A DNA stretch of 64,000 nucleotides from Bryobacteraceae bacterium (GCA_050010255.1 JBEKLJ010000001.1:960-64959); one strand, 5' to 3'; positions 10,245 to 22,738 are shown, counted from the first letter of the stretch. Made by a program: numbers and translations. The notes: generated by a model from the letters alone, not told the origin.

Positions 10245-11027
10245 CTACTGTGGCGCCGAGAAATGCGCGCGGCGGTTCTTCTGCCAGCAGTCCTCGTTAT
10301 GCTCGGTGCAGACCGGCCGCTCCTTGCCGTAGCTGATGGTTCGCAGTTGCTCCACCGGAACGCCGAGCTGCACGAGAAAGTCTCTGACCGCCGTGGCGCG
10401 GCGGTCGCCCAGGCCCAGGTTGTACTCCGCCGACCCGCGCTCGTCGCAGTGGCCCTCGATCACCACCGTCGCCCCCGGGATTTCGGCGAAAACCCGCCTC
10501 AATGCGTCGGCGTCCTGCGTCAGCACCGCTCGCGCATCCTCGCGTATGTCGCTCTTGTCGTAATCGAAGTAGGCGTCTTGCACCTCGCCCTCCAACATCT
10601 GGGTCAAGGTCCTCTTCGGCGGCGGCGGTGGCGGCGGCGGCGGTGGCGACGGAATCGTTACGTTCACCGTGGCGCTGGCGCCTTCGGTTCCTCCCGGACC
10701 CTTGGCCGAGAGAGTATAGGTCGTCGTGTCGCTGGGGGAAACCTCGCGGTTGCCCCGCGCGCTCACTGTGCCGACGCCGGGCATGATGGAAATATCGGTC
10801 GCATCCGACACCGACCAGCGGAGCGTCGCCGACTGGCCGCGCTCGATCGTCCCCGGCTCAGCCGTGAACTGAATCGCCGGCTTCGGCGGCGGCGGCGCCG
10901 GCGCTTCCTTCGGCGGCGGGGGTGGCGGCGGTGGCGGCGGGAGCACCTTCTTCTTGCATCCCGCCGCAAACAACATCAAGGAAACCGACAGTAATACGGC
11001 ACTGACCTTTCCCGTGTTCATCCTCAT
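10245..11027 (-). CDS. pal: peptidoglycan-associated lipoprotein Pal (OmpA-like) with extra beta-sandwich domain and poly-Pro linkers
   Basis: LFAAGC lipobox. GHCDERGSAEYNLGLGDRRA OmpA-like motif. Start at ATG 11027 or 11021 downstream of GGAGG. Confidence 0.9.
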   Translation of the reverse strand: MRMNTGKVSAVLLSVSLMLFAAGCKKKVLPPPPPPPPPPKEAPAPPPPKPAIQFTAEPGTIERGQSATLRWSVSDATDISIMPGVGTVSARGNREVSPSDTTTYTLSAKGPGGTEGASATVNVTIPSPPPPPPPPPPKRTLTQMLEGEVQDAYFDYDKSDIREDARAVLTQDADALRRVFAEIPGATVVIEGHCDERGSAEYNLGLGDRRATAVRDFLVQLGVPVEQLRTISYGKERPVCTEHNEDCWQKNRRAHFSAPQ

Positions 11028-11065
11028 CCTGCCTCCTTTGAGCTTCTCAACTGGTGCTGTTTTCC

Positions 11066-12454
11066 CTACCTGCCCCACACAGGCTGCGTGTTGCGCCCCT
11101 GCGTGGTGAGCTGACGGAGCTGCGTCCCATCGGCCAGCATGGTCCAGATCTGCGGCGAACCACTGCGGTTCGATGAAAAGACCAGGTGCCGGCCGTCGGG
11201 CGCCCAGCTCGGGTTCTCGTTCCGTCCGGCGCCGTGCGTCAACTGCACAAACTGCCGCGTCGCGGCGTCCATCACGAAAAGGTTGTAGTTGCCCGGCTCG
11301 AATCCTCGCGTCCAGGCGAACGCCAGATGCTGGCCGTCGGGGTGCCAGGCCGGATTCACGGCCTCGCCCTCGCCCGTCGTCAGCCGCTGCACGTCCGCCC
11401 CCTCCAGGTTCATCCGGTAGATTTGCGGCATCCCCGAGCGGTCCGACATGAACAGCAGCTCGCGTCCGGTCTTCGGATTCACCTTCGGCTCCATGTCGAT
11501 CGATCGCGAGTATGTCACGCGGCGCATGCCCGTGCCATCCGCATTCGCAATGAAAACCTGGGCCCAGCCGGCGACAGAGGAAGCGAACAGCATCTGCCTC
11601 CCGTCCGGAGTAAACTCCGGTGTTGCCGCCAGCGGCGACACCTCATTATAGAAAGGCAGCCGCCGTCCTGTCTCAAGCGAGTGGAGGAAGATCATGGGGC
11701 TTCCTCGCGCGAACGAGCAGAACGCCAGCCGCGTTCCCTCCGGCGACACCGCCGGCGTCATCGACAGCGATCCGTAGAACGTCAACTGCTTCTGGTTGGA
11801 CCCGTCCGGGTCCATCGACCAGATCTCCTTCACTCCCGCGGCCCGCTGCGAGACGAAGTAGATCCTCGTCCCCGCTACGCTCACCGCCCCGAACTGCTTC
11901 AGGATGTCGGCGGCGAAATCGTGCGCGAGCCTCCGCGCCCCTTCCTCGCCCAGCGGCGCCAGGTAGATCTTCCCCAGCACCTGCGCGCTGGCCGTATCCG
12001 GCTGGCCCACGTTGTAGAGCCACCCGCGCAGTACGATCTGTCCACCATCGACCCCGGTGTAGCCGAACGTGAGGTAGTTGGCGTTCACCGGAGGACCCGA
12101 CCAGTCCGAAAGCCAGAGGCCTTCGGCAGTCGGCCGGGTGGCCTGCGGCCGGCCGGCTCCCGGCGTCCCGCGGGCGGGCATGGAGCGGAAGTCCTGAGGC
12201 GTCTGCGGCACCCGGAGCCAGTACAGGCTCTTCGGCGTCATCTTGAAGATGCCCGCGCTCTCCAGGTCGCTCCACAGCGTCTGGTTGAACGCGTCCATGT
12301 ACTGTTGCGCCTCGCCGGAGCCGCGCAAGTCGGGCACGGCGATCGAGGTCCGCTCGCCCTTCTTGATGATGATGAGGACGTCGCTTTCCTGGGCGACGAG
12401 AACCAGGGCCGCGACGGCCGCGGCGAGTCCGATCCAGACGGTCTTCTTTCTCAT
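11066..12454 (-). CDS. tolB: Tol-Pal system beta-propeller protein TolB
   Basis: 462 aa with a signal peptide. Repeated PxWSPDG-type propeller blades (NPAWHPDGQHLAF, NPSWAPDGRHLVF). Confidence 0.95.
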   Translation of the reverse strand: MRKKTVWIGLAAAVAALVLVAQESDVLIIIKKGERTSIAVPDLRGSGEAQQYMDAFNQTLWSDLESAGIFKMTPKSLYWLRVPQTPQDFRSMPARGTPGAGRPQATRPTAEGLWLSDWSGPPVNANYLTFGYTGVDGGQIVLRGWLYNVGQPDTASAQVLGKIYLAPLGEEGARRLAHDFAADILKQFGAVSVAGTRIYFVSQRAAGVKEIWSMDPDGSNQKQLTFYGSLSMTPAVSPEGTRLAFCSFARGSPMIFLHSLETGRRLPFYNEVSPLAATPEFTPDGRQMLFASSVAGWAQVFIANADGTGMRRVTYSRSIDMEPKVNPKTGRELLFMSDRSGMPQIYRMNLEGADVQRLTTGEGEAVNPAWHPDGQHLAFAWTRGFEPGNYNLFVMDAATRQFVQLTHGAGRNENPSWAPDGRHLVFSSNRSGSPQIWTMLADGTQLRQLTTQGRNTQPVWGR

Positions 12455-13236
12455 CTCTTTAGCTGAAACCAGATCTCGATTTGCGCGCTCGACCGCTCGT
12501 AGCCTTGCGGCAGCGCCGGAAACGGCGCGGCTTCGTAAACCGCGCGCTGGGCCGAATAGTCCAGGCCGCTATAGCCGCTGCGCTGCAAGATCCGCAGGTT
12601 GCGGATCGAGCCGTCGCGCAGAATCTCGAAGGTGACAATGACGGCGGGCGCGGTTTGCAGGCGCGCGTCCACCTCCTCGGTGCGCCATTTCTGCGCCACC
12701 CGCTGCTCCAGCAGGTCCCGGTACCAGCCGAAGCGGCTGCCGAATGCGCCGCCCGGGCCAATACCCACGCCGCCGGCGCCGGTCTGCGCGCCGAACATGG
12801 TCGAGCTCAATGCCTGTCCCGAATTCGAATAGAGCTGGTTCGGCCGCTCCGGCCCGGGCCGGTATTGGGCATACTGCCGCGGCCGCTCGGGCTGGGGCGG
12901 CCTCTGGCGCCCGCGGATGGCGATCGCATCCGGCTCCGGCGCCCGCACCTTCTCCGCCTGCGGTTTCGGCGGCAGCGGGACCCGCGACTCCGTGTCGTTC
13001 GCCAGCGGGTTCGCCGCGCCCGTCCGCGCGGGCAGCGGGATCTGCTTCACGGTCGTGATTCCGACCGCCGTACCTCCGCCCAGCGGATGAGGGTTGCCCC
13101 ACTGGACCCCCGCCTGCGTGCCCGCGTGACTGTAGTAGGCCATCAGCGAGAACGCCGCCGCGTGCACCGCCATCGAAAGCAGCACAGCCCGGCGCAGCGA
13201 TTCGCTCCCCTCCAGTACATCGATGCGTCCGGGCAT
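12451..13236 (-). CDS. TonB-C-domain energy transducer, TolA-like by position
   Basis: N-terminal TM segment, Pro-rich linker and a C-terminal TonB-type domain (VIVTFEILRDGSI...LQRSGYSGLD). Lies between tolR and tolB. Confidence 0.75.
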   Translation of the reverse strand: MPGRIDVLEGSESLRRAVLLSMAVHAAAFSLMAYYSHAGTQAGVQWGNPHPLGGGTAVGITTVKQIPLPARTGAANPLANDTESRVPLPPKPQAEKVRAPEPDAIAIRGRQRPPQPERPRQYAQYRPGPERPNQLYSNSGQALSSTMFGAQTGAGGVGIGPGGAFGSRFGWYRDLLEQRVAQKWRTEEVDARLQTAPAVIVTFEILRDGSIRNLRILQRSGYSGLDYSAQRAVYEAAPFPALPQGYERSSAQIEIWFQLKR

Positions 13237-13241
13237 GGTTT

Positions 13242-13697
13242 TCAGCGCCGCCGACGGGCCCTTTCCGCCTCATCCACCGGCTGGGTCACCATGTTGGGAT
13301 GGATCTTGGCCTCGCCCAGCGCCGCGATCACCTGCGCGACCACGTCCCAGATGGCGTCCTTGTCGGCTCGCACGTAGACGGCGTTCACCCGGCCAAACCG
13401 CCGCTCGATCGCACTGGCCAGGCTGTTGATGTTCACTTCATTCTCGTTCAGGTACAACCAGCCGTTCTTGGTGATGGTGATGACCGGCAGCTCTTGCGTC
13501 GAATCCTTGATCTGGTTCACCCTCGGCACGTCCACCTCCATGCCGAACTCCATGACCTGCGCCGTCAGCATGAAGATCACCAGCAGCACCATCACCACAT
13601 CGACCAGCGGGACGATGTTGATATCCGACACGGCCGAGAAGCCGCGGAAGCGGCTGCGCCCCAGGAACCCGCCCCCGCCGGTGTAGGAAAACGCCAT
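13242..13697 (-). CDS. tolR: biopolymer transporter ExbD/TolR
   Basis: 151 aa. INIVPLVDVVMVLLVIFM TM motif typical of ExbD/TolR. Confidence 0.9.
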   Translation of the reverse strand: MAFSYTGGGGFLGRSRFRGFSAVSDINIVPLVDVVMVLLVIFMLTAQVMEFGMEVDVPRVNQIKDSTQELPVITITKNGWLYLNENEVNINSLASAIERRFGRVNAVYVRADKDAIWDVVAQVIAALGEAKIHPNMVTQPVDEAERARRRR

Positions 13698-13755
13698 TCT
13701 CTGTTCGGTTCCTCCCCTGCCACTCGGCGCCCTGAACGCCCTGCTGTCAGCGCGT

Positions 13756-14445
13756 CTACTCTTCGAAGTTCCGCTCGGCCAGGTTCAAAAACTCCAGGCA
13801 GAAGTCTTCCATGCGCGCGCCGATCTCGCGGATCACATGGCTGTAGTAGTTGTAGAACACCGCGGCCGGGATGGCGGCCGCCAGGCCCATCGCCGTCGCC
13901 ACCAACGCCTCCGAGATGCCCGGCGCCACCGCGCGCAAACTAGCGCTGCCCGCCAGCCCCAGCCCCTGGAAGGCGTCGATGATGCCCCAGACCGTCCCGA
14001 ACAGGCCCACGAAGGGGCTCACCGCCGCGATGGTGGCCAGCCAGTTCATGTTCCGCTCCAGCTTCGCAACCTCCTCGCTGATGCCGAGCTGGAGCGCGCG
14101 CTGGAGCGCGGCCTCGCTGTTGATGCTGCCCCGCGCCCTCATCTGCCGCGTGACTTCCTCGTAGCCGAAGTCGAACACCGTTGCCAGCGGGCAGGGCCGG
14201 AACTGCTCGTTGGCCGCTGCCACCGCCTGAAGCCCCGCAGCCTTGCGGAAGGTCCTCAGGAACCGCGCATTGGCCGCCCGCGCTTTGGCAAACACCCGCC
14301 ACTTGGAGAAGATGACCGCCCAGGACAGGACCGAAGCGATCAGAAGAATCGCTAAAACGATGAGCGGCAAGGGTTTCGCCCGGCTCACCATGTCCCAGAT
14401 GCTGTATTGGAGAATGAGTACGGCAGGGTCGATGAGTTGGCTCAA
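13756..14445 (-). CDS. tolQ: MotA/TolQ/ExbB proton channel protein
   Basis: 229 aa, three TM segments. AAVSPFVGLFGTVWGII motif. Confidence 0.9.
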   Translation of the reverse strand: MSQLIDPAVLILQYSIWDMVSRAKPLPLIVLAILLIASVLSWAVIFSKWRVFAKARAANARFLRTFRKAAGLQAVAAANEQFRPCPLATVFDFGYEEVTRQMRARGSINSEAALQRALQLGISEEVAKLERNMNWLATIAAVSPFVGLFGTVWGIIDAFQGLGLAGSASLRAVAPGISEALVATAMGLAAAIPAAVFYNYYSHVIREIGARMEDFCLEFLNLAERNFEE

Positions 14446-14668
14446 CCTGGCTCCTTTCCGTGACTTCCATCATAGCGCTCAACTTCGGAGCACGCGGTTT
14501 GGGTTGTCATCCAGACGGCACCTTCGTAGGGCTGGCGTCCACGCCCGCCCTACAATCGGCCGCGCCCGCCGCGGCCCCCGCGGCCCCTAAGCGCCTTGCG
14601 GCTCAATGTGCTATCCTAATTCCGAACAGACGGAGATTAAGGACAGAGAAGGAGTATCCACTTCTAGC

Positions 14669-14938
14669 ATGGCCCTGGCGACAGACGTCAAGAAGCAGAT
14701 TGTGGGTCAGTTTCGGGTGCACACGACGGACACTGGTTCGCCAGAAGTGCAAGTGGCGCTGCTGAGCCGGAATATTGCCGAGCTCACCGAGCATTTTAAA
14801 TCCCACCCGAAGGACCATCACTCACGACGGGGTCTGTTGACCATGGTGGCCCGGCGCCGGCGGCTGCTCAAGTACCTCAAGGCTGAGGAGCCGGAGCGCT
14901 ATAAGCAGCTCATTCAGGAGCTGGGTCTGCGCCGCTAG
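14669..14938 (+). CDS. rpsO: 30S ribosomal protein S15
   Basis: [33 protein letters not shown]... starts at the internal ATG 14669, preceded by GAAGGAG. Confidence 0.97.
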   Translation: MALATDVKKQIVGQFRVHTTDTGSPEVQVALLSRNIAELTEHFKSHPKDHHSRRGLLTMVARRRRLLKYLKAEEPERYKQLIQELGLRR

Positions 14939-15102
14939 AGGATACTCGCAGGCAGAGCGGGCGAGAGTCCATCGAGTCCGCCGGCGGTTAGCCGGTACAT
15001 CTGGACGCCGCCCTGGTTCAGAACCCGCTAGGTCATTCCGCCTCCAATCTCCATCGCGAGCCGGATTCCGGCTCGACAACGCACCGGCCGCGAGGGCCGG
15101 GA

Positions 15103-17220
<2,118 letters not shown>

Positions 17221-17251
17221 GAGGCTAGTAGCTAGCCGCTAGTGGGGCCTG

Positions 17252-17274
17252 GGGGCGAAGGTGCGCTTCGCCCC
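17252..17274. terminator. GC-rich hairpin between convergent pnp and the isomerase gene
   Basis: GGGGCGAAG-GTGCG-CTTCGCCCC, a 9-bp perfect stem. No clear U-tract. Confidence 0.4.
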
Positions 17275-17327
17275 TAGGCAGACCGACGCACCGCTGCAAC
17301 GATCCACAGGCTACCAGCCGCGTGCTG

Positions 17328-18167
17328 CTATCCCCGTAGCCCCGCCAGCACTCCCCGCATGTAGGCGAAGGACTTGGCCATGCCGGGCAGCGGGTCGTCG
17401 ACGTCGATCTCGTACTCCAGGTTGACCGAGGCCCGGTAGTTCATCCGCAGCAGCTCCTTGAAGATGGCCACCACCGGCATGACGCCCTCGCCAACCGGAA
17501 CCTGGGTCTTGGCGTCCTTCAGGTCGCGCAGGTCCTTGATGTGCACGTCGAACAGGCGTGCGCCGGCGCTGCGGATGGATTCCACAGGATCGGCGCCCGC
17601 GCGTGCCGTGTGCCCCACGTCCACGCACACGCCCATTCGGCCGTCTCGTCCGCGGAGCGCCTTCAGCGCTGCCTCCGGCGTGGGGAACTGCTGGTCCTCG
17701 GGGCCGTGGTTGTGGATGGCGATGCGGATGTCGTACGCCTTCACGAACTTCTCGATGCGGGGAACGTTCTCGAGCGTCGCGCCCACCACCATCATGGGCA
17801 TGGCGCACGCCCGCGCGTAGTCGAAGTACTTCCGCATGTCTTCGTCGCTGTCTTCGCGCAAGTAAATGACGCCGCCGCTCTCAATCGCAATTCCCGCCCT
17901 CCGGAACTGCTCCGCTGCCCTCGTCAGCTCCTCCGGCGGAAGCAGGTAGGGCAGGTGGAACTCCTTGACGCTGGCGTGGGAGACGCCGAGCTGGCGGAGC
18001 ATGCTAATGGCTAGACCCCGCTGGAACTTGCGCAGGGAGTACGTGGCGACACCGAGCTTGATCTCCGCCGCCGGTTCGGCGGCGCTGGCGGGCGGCAGGC
18101 CGCTGAACCCGGCTGCCGCCAGGCCGGTTCCGAGAAAGGTGCGTCGGGTGGCGTTGGTCCTCATCAC
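17328..18167 (-). CDS. sugar phosphate isomerase/epimerase (xylose isomerase-like TIM barrel) with Tat signal
   Basis: MMRTNATRRTFLGTGLAAAG Tat signal. TIM-barrel pattern with IAIHNH and DVGH metal ligands. Confidence 0.75.
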   Translation of the reverse strand: MMRTNATRRTFLGTGLAAAGFSGLPPASAAEPAAEIKLGVATYSLRKFQRGLAISMLRQLGVSHASVKEFHLPYLLPPEELTRAAEQFRRAGIAIESGGVIYLREDSDEDMRKYFDYARACAMPMMVVGATLENVPRIEKFVKAYDIRIAIHNHGPEDQQFPTPEAALKALRGRDGRMGVCVDVGHTARAGADPVESIRSAGARLFDVHIKDLRDLKDAKTQVPVGEGVMPVVAIFKELLRMNYRASVNLEYEIDVDDPLPGMAKSFAYMRGVLAGLRG

Positions 18168-18200
18168 CCGTTCATGATATCGCCGCGCCGGGTGCGCGGC

Positions 18201-19595
18201 TCACTGCCAGCCGCCGCCGAGGGCGCGGTAAAGCTGCACGAAGGAGAGCATCTCCCGGAGCCTCAGCTGCGCCAGCAGCAGCTCGCTCTGGAACAGGCTG
18301 CGCTCGGCAAAGAGCACCTGCAGGTAGCTGTCCAGGCCGCCCTTGTAACGCAGATTGGACAGGCGGGTGGCTTCCGACAGCGCCCCGACCAGCAACTCCT
18401 GCTGCTGGCGCTCTTCGCGCGTACGGTCATAGCCCACCAGCGCGTCGGATACTTCCCGGAACGCGCTGTAGATGGTCTTCTGGTACGCAACCAGCATCTC
18501 GCGTTTCTGTGCTTCCGAGAGGCGCACGCCGGCGCGGGTCTGGCCGGCGTCGAAGATCGGCAGGATCGCGGCGGAAGAAACGTTTTGCAAACGAGCCGGG
18601 CCGGTAAACAGGTTCGAGAGCGCCCAGCTCTGGCCTCCCAGCAGGCCCGTCAAGGAGATCTGCGGGAAGTACAACGCCTTCGCCGCACCGATCTGCGCGT
18701 TGGCGGAAATCAGGTCCTGCTCGGCCTGGCGTATGTCGGGCCGCCGATCCAGCAGTGAGGACGGCAATCCGGGCGGGACTTCGGCCGGCAGGCGGAACTC
18801 ATCCAGCGCTCTTCCCCGTGCGATATCGCCCGGAAGCCTGCCCGCCAGCAGGTTGAGCGCATTCTCCTCCTGGCCGATGTCCCGCTGTGCGCTGGCGATC
18901 TGGGCAGTGGCGGTGTAAAGGAACTCTTCGGCCTGATGCACATCTAGGCCGGTGGCGGCGCCGCGCTCGTGACGCAAACGAACCAGCCTGAGATTGTCCT
19001 CGGCGATGGTGCGCGTGCGGCGCGCGATGTCCAGCTCCAGGTCGCGCTCGCGCAGGGTGAAGTAATGGCCGATCACATCGCCGATAAGCGAGACAATGAC
19101 GCCGCGCCGGCCCTCCTCGGTAGCCAGATATTGGGCCCGCGCCGATTCCGAGAGGCGGCGGAGCCGGCCCCACAAATCCAGCTCCCAGGAAAGTCCCACC
19201 CCGGCTTGGGTGTAGCTTACGTCGATCGACTGCGCGGGGATCACCGGATTCGCGCCCACCCGGGAAGGACGTGAGGAAGTGACGGAAGCCTGTGCCGTCA
19301 CCAGCGGGAACTCGCCGGCCCGGCTGATGCGGAACCGGGCGCGGGCTTCCAGGACTCGCTCGGAGGCAATTCCGAGATCGAAGTTGTGCTCCAGCGCCGT
19401 GGTGACAAGCTGCTTGAGGGTATCGTCCTGGAACAGCTCGAACCACTTTTCATCAGCCAGCGATGCCGCTGAACTGTTCGGGGGCGCACCGCGATACTGG
19501 CCGGGCGCGGAGACCGCCGGCCGCCGGTAGTTCGGGCCGATGGCACAACCCGCCAGCAGCAAGGGCAATAGAAGGAAGGGGGCTCGAGCTCTCAT
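18201..19595 (-). CDS. RND efflux outer-membrane factor lipoprotein (NodT family)
   Basis: True start is the internal ATG (MRARAPFLLLPLLLAGCAIGPNYRRP lipobox), which overlaps the RND pump stop as ATGA. The N-terminal 192 codons of the track ORF are a shadow extension. Confidence 0.9.
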   Translation of the reverse strand: MRARAPFLLLPLLLAGCAIGPNYRRPAVSAPGQYRGAPPNSSAASLADEKWFELFQDDTLKQLVTTALEHNFDLGIASERVLEARARFRISRAGEFPLVTAQASVTSSRPSRVGANPVIPAQSIDVSYTQAGVGLSWELDLWGRLRRLSESARAQYLATEEGRRGVIVSLIGDVIGHYFTLRERDLELDIARRTRTIAEDNLRLVRLRHERGAATGLDVHQAEEFLYTATAQIASAQRDIGQEENALNLLAGRLPGDIARGRALDEFRLPAEVPPGLPSSLLDRRPDIRQAEQDLISANAQIGAAKALYFPQISLTGLLGGQSWALSNLFTGPARLQNVSSAAILPIFDAGQTRAGVRLSEAQKREMLVAYQKTIYSAFREVSDALVGYDRTREERQQQELLVGALSEATRLSNLRYKGGLDSYLQVLFAERSLFQSELLLAQLRLREMLSFVQLYRALGGGWQ

Positions 19596-22500
19596 GCGCT
19601 TTGCTCCGGAACGGGCTCCCAACCGGGCGCCGGTCCGCGCTTCCTCTCCGCAACCCGCTGGATGACCACGTAGAGCACGGGCACGATGAAGATGGCCAGC
19701 AGCGTGGCGGCGTTCATGCCGCCAAAAACGGCGGTGCCGAGCGATCGCCGGGAAGCCCCGCCGGCGCCGGTGGCGATCATCAGCGGCACGACGCCCAGGA
19801 TGAAGGCGAACGAAGTCATCAGGATGGGCCGCAGCCGGAGGCGGGCGGCTTCCAGGGCCGCCTCGGGGATGGATTTGCCGTGCTCGTGGCTCATCCGGGC
19901 GAACTCCACAATCAGGATCGCGTTCTTGGCGGCCAGCCCGATCAGGGTGACGATTCCGATCTGCGTGTAGAGGTCGTAGGGGTACGATCGAACCCAGACC
20001 GCGAACAGCGCCCCCAGAAGACCCAGCGGCAGCGCCATCAGCACGGCGAAGGGGATCGACCAGCTTTCGTAGAGCGCGGCCAGGCACAGGAACACGAGCA
20101 CCGCCGCAAAACCGAAGATCACGGCTTCGTGGCCCTGCGCTTCCTTTTCCTGATAGGTGGTACCGGTCCACTCGTAGCTGTAGCCGGGCGGCAGCTTGGA
20201 AGCGGCCAGGCTCTCCATGGCGTCGCTGGCCTGGTCGCTGCTGTAGCCGGGGGCGGGTCCGCCGAGCATCTGGACGGCGCGGAAACGGTTGTAGCGGTAC
20301 ACCACGTCCGGTCCGGCAGTGGCCCTCACGGTGGACAGCGTGCCGAGCGGGACCATATCGCCGTCACCGGTGCGGACGTAGAAGCGGCTGATGTCAGCCG
20401 GCTGGCTGCGGAACTCCGGCTCGGCTTGCATCACCACCTGCCAGGTCCGCCCGAACGCATTGAAGTCGTTTACGTACAAACCGCCCAGGAAGGTCTGCAG
20501 GGTATTGTAGGCGTCGGTGACGGGGATGCCCAGCGTTTCCACCTTGGCCAGGTCCATGTCCACCCTGTAGGCGGGAACATTGGGACGGAAAGTGCTGACG
20601 ACGTTTCCGAGTTCCCGCCGCTGCCGGGCCGACTGCTCCAGCAGGTCGGCGGCTGCCGCCAGGTCCTGCACGCTGCCGCCAGCGCGGTCTTCGAGCATGA
20701 ACTGAAAACCGCCCGTGGTGCTTAGGCCGAGGATGGGAGGAAGGCCGAACGGAAAGACGAAGGCTTCGGGCACCGCGGAGAATGCAGCCTGCATGCGCGC
20801 CATAAGCGGCCGGAGCTGCAACTCTTTGGCGCTGCGCTCATCCCACGGCTTCAGCCGGACGATGAGGGTGGCCACGTTCGAGCTGCTGGTGCGAGTGGCA
20901 ATGTCGATGCCTCCGAGGGTAAACGTTCCCGCGATGCCGGGCAGACTGCCCACGATGTTCTCGATCTTGCGCGTGGCGGCGTCGGTACGCGCGACGGAGG
21001 CGCCGTCGGGAAGCCGGATGGAAACCCAGATCGTGCCCTGGTCCTCATCGGGCAGAAAGCTGACCGGAAGATGCCGGAACAGGGCTCCGGCTGCCAGCCA
21101 CAGACACAACAGCCCGAGCAAGGCCAAGGCCGACTTGCGGATCAGCGCGCCGACGCCGGAAAGGTAACGGCTTCTGGCCCACTCGAAGCCCCGGTTGAAG
21201 CCGCGGAAGAAGCCCGCCAGCCAGCTCCGGCTTTCGCTCTTCGGCCGCAGGATCAGGGCGCTCAGCGCGGGACTGAGCGACAGCGCGTTAAAAGCCGAGA
21301 TCAGCACCGAGGCCGCGATGGTGAGCGCAAACTGTTTGTAGATCTGGCCGCTGATGCCGCCCAGAAACGCCACCGGGATGAACGCCGCCGCCAGAATGCA
21401 GGCGATGGCCACCACCGGCGCGGACACTTCCTGCATGGCGCGGATGGTGGCGTCTCGCGGCGCCATTCCGTCATCGATATGGCGTTGCACGGCCTCGACG
21501 ACCACGATGGCGTCGTCCACCACGATGCCGATGGACAGTACCAGGCCGAACATGCTGGTGAGGTTGATGGAAAACCCCAGCAGCGGGAACAGCGCGAACG
21601 TACCGACGATCGCCACCGGCACCGTGAGCAGCGGGATCAGGCTCGCACGCCAGTTCTGGAGGAAGATGAAGACCACCAGAATGACCAGCCCGATGGCTTC
21701 GAACAGGGTCAGCAGCACCTCGCTGATGGCCGCGCGCACGAACACCGTCGAGTCATACGGAATGATGAAATCCATCCCCGCCGGGAAGTTCTTCTTCACC
21801 TGCGCCATGAACTTGCGGACCCGGTCGGCGGTGGCCACGGCATTGGCGCCGGGAGACAGGTACACGATGAGGTTGCCCGAAGCGCGCCCGTTCACGCGGT
21901 TGAAACCGCTGTAGCTTTGCGCGCCGAGTTGTACCCGGCCGATGTCGCGGATGCGCAGCAGGGAAGTGTCCGGCTGGGCGCGCAACACGATGTCTCCAAA
22001 CTGGCTCGGGTCCACCAGCCGTCCTTGCGCGCTCACCGAATACTGGAAATCCGTCCCCGCCGGCGCGGGGGGCTGCCCCAGGGTGCCGGCCGGGTTCTGC
22101 CGGTTCTGCGCCTGGATGGCGTTGCTGATATCGGTGGCGGTGATGCCCAGCTTGGCCATCTTGTCCGGATTCACCCACACGCGCATGGAGTAAACCTGGT
22201 TGGCCCCGAGGCGGCATTCCCCCACGCCATCGAGGCTGGCGACCTGGTTCAACAGGTTGATCTGCGCATAGTTGGTGAGGAACAGCGAGTCGTAGCGGCC
22301 ATCGGTCGAGACCAGGCTGATGCTGGTCAGGAACGCGCTCGAGACTTTCTTGACCGTCACGCCCTGGCGCTGCACTTCCGGCGGCAGGCGCGGCATCGCG
22401 ATGTTCACGCGATTCTGCGTCTGCACGGTGGCCATGTCGGGATTCGTGCCCAGCCGGAACGTTACCTGGATGTTGAGCGATCCGTCGTTGCCGCTGCTCG

Positions 22501-22738
22501 AAAGGAAGTAGAGCATGCCGTCGAGACCGATCAACTGCTCCTCGATCGGCTGGGCGACGGTTTTCTCGAGGTCCTGCGCGTTGCCGCCCAGATAGCTGGT
22601 GGCGATCTGCACCACCGGAGGCACCACCTCCGGGTAGTTCGCGACCGGGAGGCTCGGAATCGCAACCGCGCCCAGGATGACGATCACGATGGCGATCACC
22701 ATCGCGAACACGGGGTGGTCAATGAAAAAGCGCGCCAT
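19592..22738 (-). CDS. RND multidrug efflux permease (HAE1/AcrB family)
   Basis: 1048 aa, 12-TM AcrB architecture. MARFFIDHPVFAMVIAIVIVILG N-terminus. Confidence 0.95.
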   Translation of the reverse strand: MARFFIDHPVFAMVIAIVIVILGAVAIPSLPVANYPEVVPPVVQIATSYLGGNAQDLEKTVAQPIEEQLIGLDGMLYFLSSSGNDGSLNIQVTFRLGTNPDMATVQTQNRVNIAMPRLPPEVQRQGVTVKKVSSAFLTSISLVSTDGRYDSLFLTNYAQINLLNQVASLDGVGECRLGANQVYSMRVWVNPDKMAKLGITATDISNAIQAQNRQNPAGTLGQPPAPAGTDFQYSVSAQGRLVDPSQFGDIVLRAQPDTSLLRIRDIGRVQLGAQSYSGFNRVNGRASGNLIVYLSPGANAVATADRVRKFMAQVKKNFPAGMDFIIPYDSTVFVRAAISEVLLTLFEAIGLVILVVFIFLQNWRASLIPLLTVPVAIVGTFALFPLLGFSINLTSMFGLVLSIGIVVDDAIVVVEAVQRHIDDGMAPRDATIRAMQEVSAPVVAIACILAAAFIPVAFLGGISGQIYKQFALTIAASVLISAFNALSLSPALSALILRPKSESRSWLAGFFRGFNRGFEWARSRYLSGVGALIRKSALALLGLLCLWLAAGALFRHLPVSFLPDEDQGTIWVSIRLPDGASVARTDAATRKIENIVGSLPGIAGTFTLGGIDIATRTSSSNVATLIVRLKPWDERSAKELQLRPLMARMQAAFSAVPEAFVFPFGLPPILGLSTTGGFQFMLEDRAGGSVQDLAAAADLLEQSARQRRELGNVVSTFRPNVPAYRVDMDLAKVETLGIPVTDAYNTLQTFLGGLYVNDFNAFGRTWQVVMQAEPEFRSQPADISRFYVRTGDGDMVPLGTLSTVRATAGPDVVYRYNRFRAVQMLGGPAPGYSSDQASDAMESLAASKLPPGYSYEWTGTTYQEKEAQGHEAVIFGFAAVLVFLCLAALYESWSIPFAVLMALPLGLLGALFAVWVRSYPYDLYTQIGIVTLIGLAAKNAILIVEFARMSHEHGKSIPEAALEAARLRLRPILMTSFAFILGVVPLMIATGAGGASRRSLGTAVFGGMNAATLLAIFIVPVLYVVIQRVAERKRGPAPGWEPVPEQSA

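Noticed and set aside
10600-10950. GGCGGCGGTGGCGGCGG simple-sequence runs
   Set aside because: They are the antisense of CCN proline codons encoding the poly-Pro linkers of Pal. They are coding low complexity, not a regulatory repeat.
18201-20171. N-terminal extensions of track ORFs (18201-20171, 24093-25751, 24785-27046, 40013-41428, 49930-52524, 56615-59137, 59325-60113, 60520-62346)
   Set aside because: The extensions overlap the upstream gene or have shadow-frame composition. Internal starts give proper signal peptides, lipoboxes or conserved N-termini, and often ATGA-type coupling, so the shorter coordinates were used.
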